A program made the position numbers and the translations under genes. Positions 53,606 through 53,650 of a stretch of DNA of 53,650 nt are shown here, in pieces (position 1 is the stretch's first letter; each line of letters opens with the position of its first letter). Below the pieces are notes generated by a model that saw only the letters and a list, made by a program, of their open reading frames with translations, had not been told where the DNA came from and did not search any database. Origin of the DNA: a virus (taxonomy: Duplodnaviria; Caudoviricetes); the IMG/VR virus record IMGVR_UViG_3300005764_000002, positions 1-53,650 of that record; one strand, 5' to 3'.

Positions 53606-53650
53606 CCGGTCAAGCTGCGGCACCTGTGCCCATGTCCGGCCATCGAGAAC

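Noticed and set aside
53601-53650. Biological direct terminal repeat
   Set aside because: Exactly 50 bp and in the middle of a gene; best explained as assembler circular overlap

Overview
The window is an apparently complete, circularly assembled ~53.6 kb genome of a high-GC tailed phage with a contractile (myovirus-type) tail. Bases 1-50 are repeated exactly at 53601-53650, and one gene runs across the junction. Almost all genes are on the minus strand. Recognisable modules are packaging/head (terminase, portal, Mu gpF-like protein, scaffold, major capsid), neck/tail/baseplate (sheath, tube, chaperones, tape measure, LysM, hub, spike, gp25, J), lysis (holin, nested Rz/Rz1 spanins implying a diderm host, and an inverted amidase-like endolysin), one tRNA-Thr(UGU), recombination (YqaJ plus putative annealase, DUF2303), replication (initiator with internal origin-like repeats, G39P-like loader/inhibitor), and a RusA/DNA methylase/GP88/DUF5131 cluster. 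I see no integrase, ParA, polymerase or reverse transcriptase. Two features stand out. (1) A two-gene operon at 7132-7499 encodes tandem Cys/Ser/Thr-rich RiPP precursor peptides with class I lanthipeptide-type LxLx(K/R)x5L leaders and double-glycine sites, with no maturation enzyme in the genome, suggesting a phage that borrows or jams its host's lanthipeptide machinery. (2) At least 16 copies of a 23-bp palindrome (consensus AGTTTRYAGC-N3-GCTAYAAACT) sit inside sigma70-type promoters, most positioned to make leaderless mRNAs. Family calls are from motif recognition by eye, not database searches. A myxobacterial host is only an inference.
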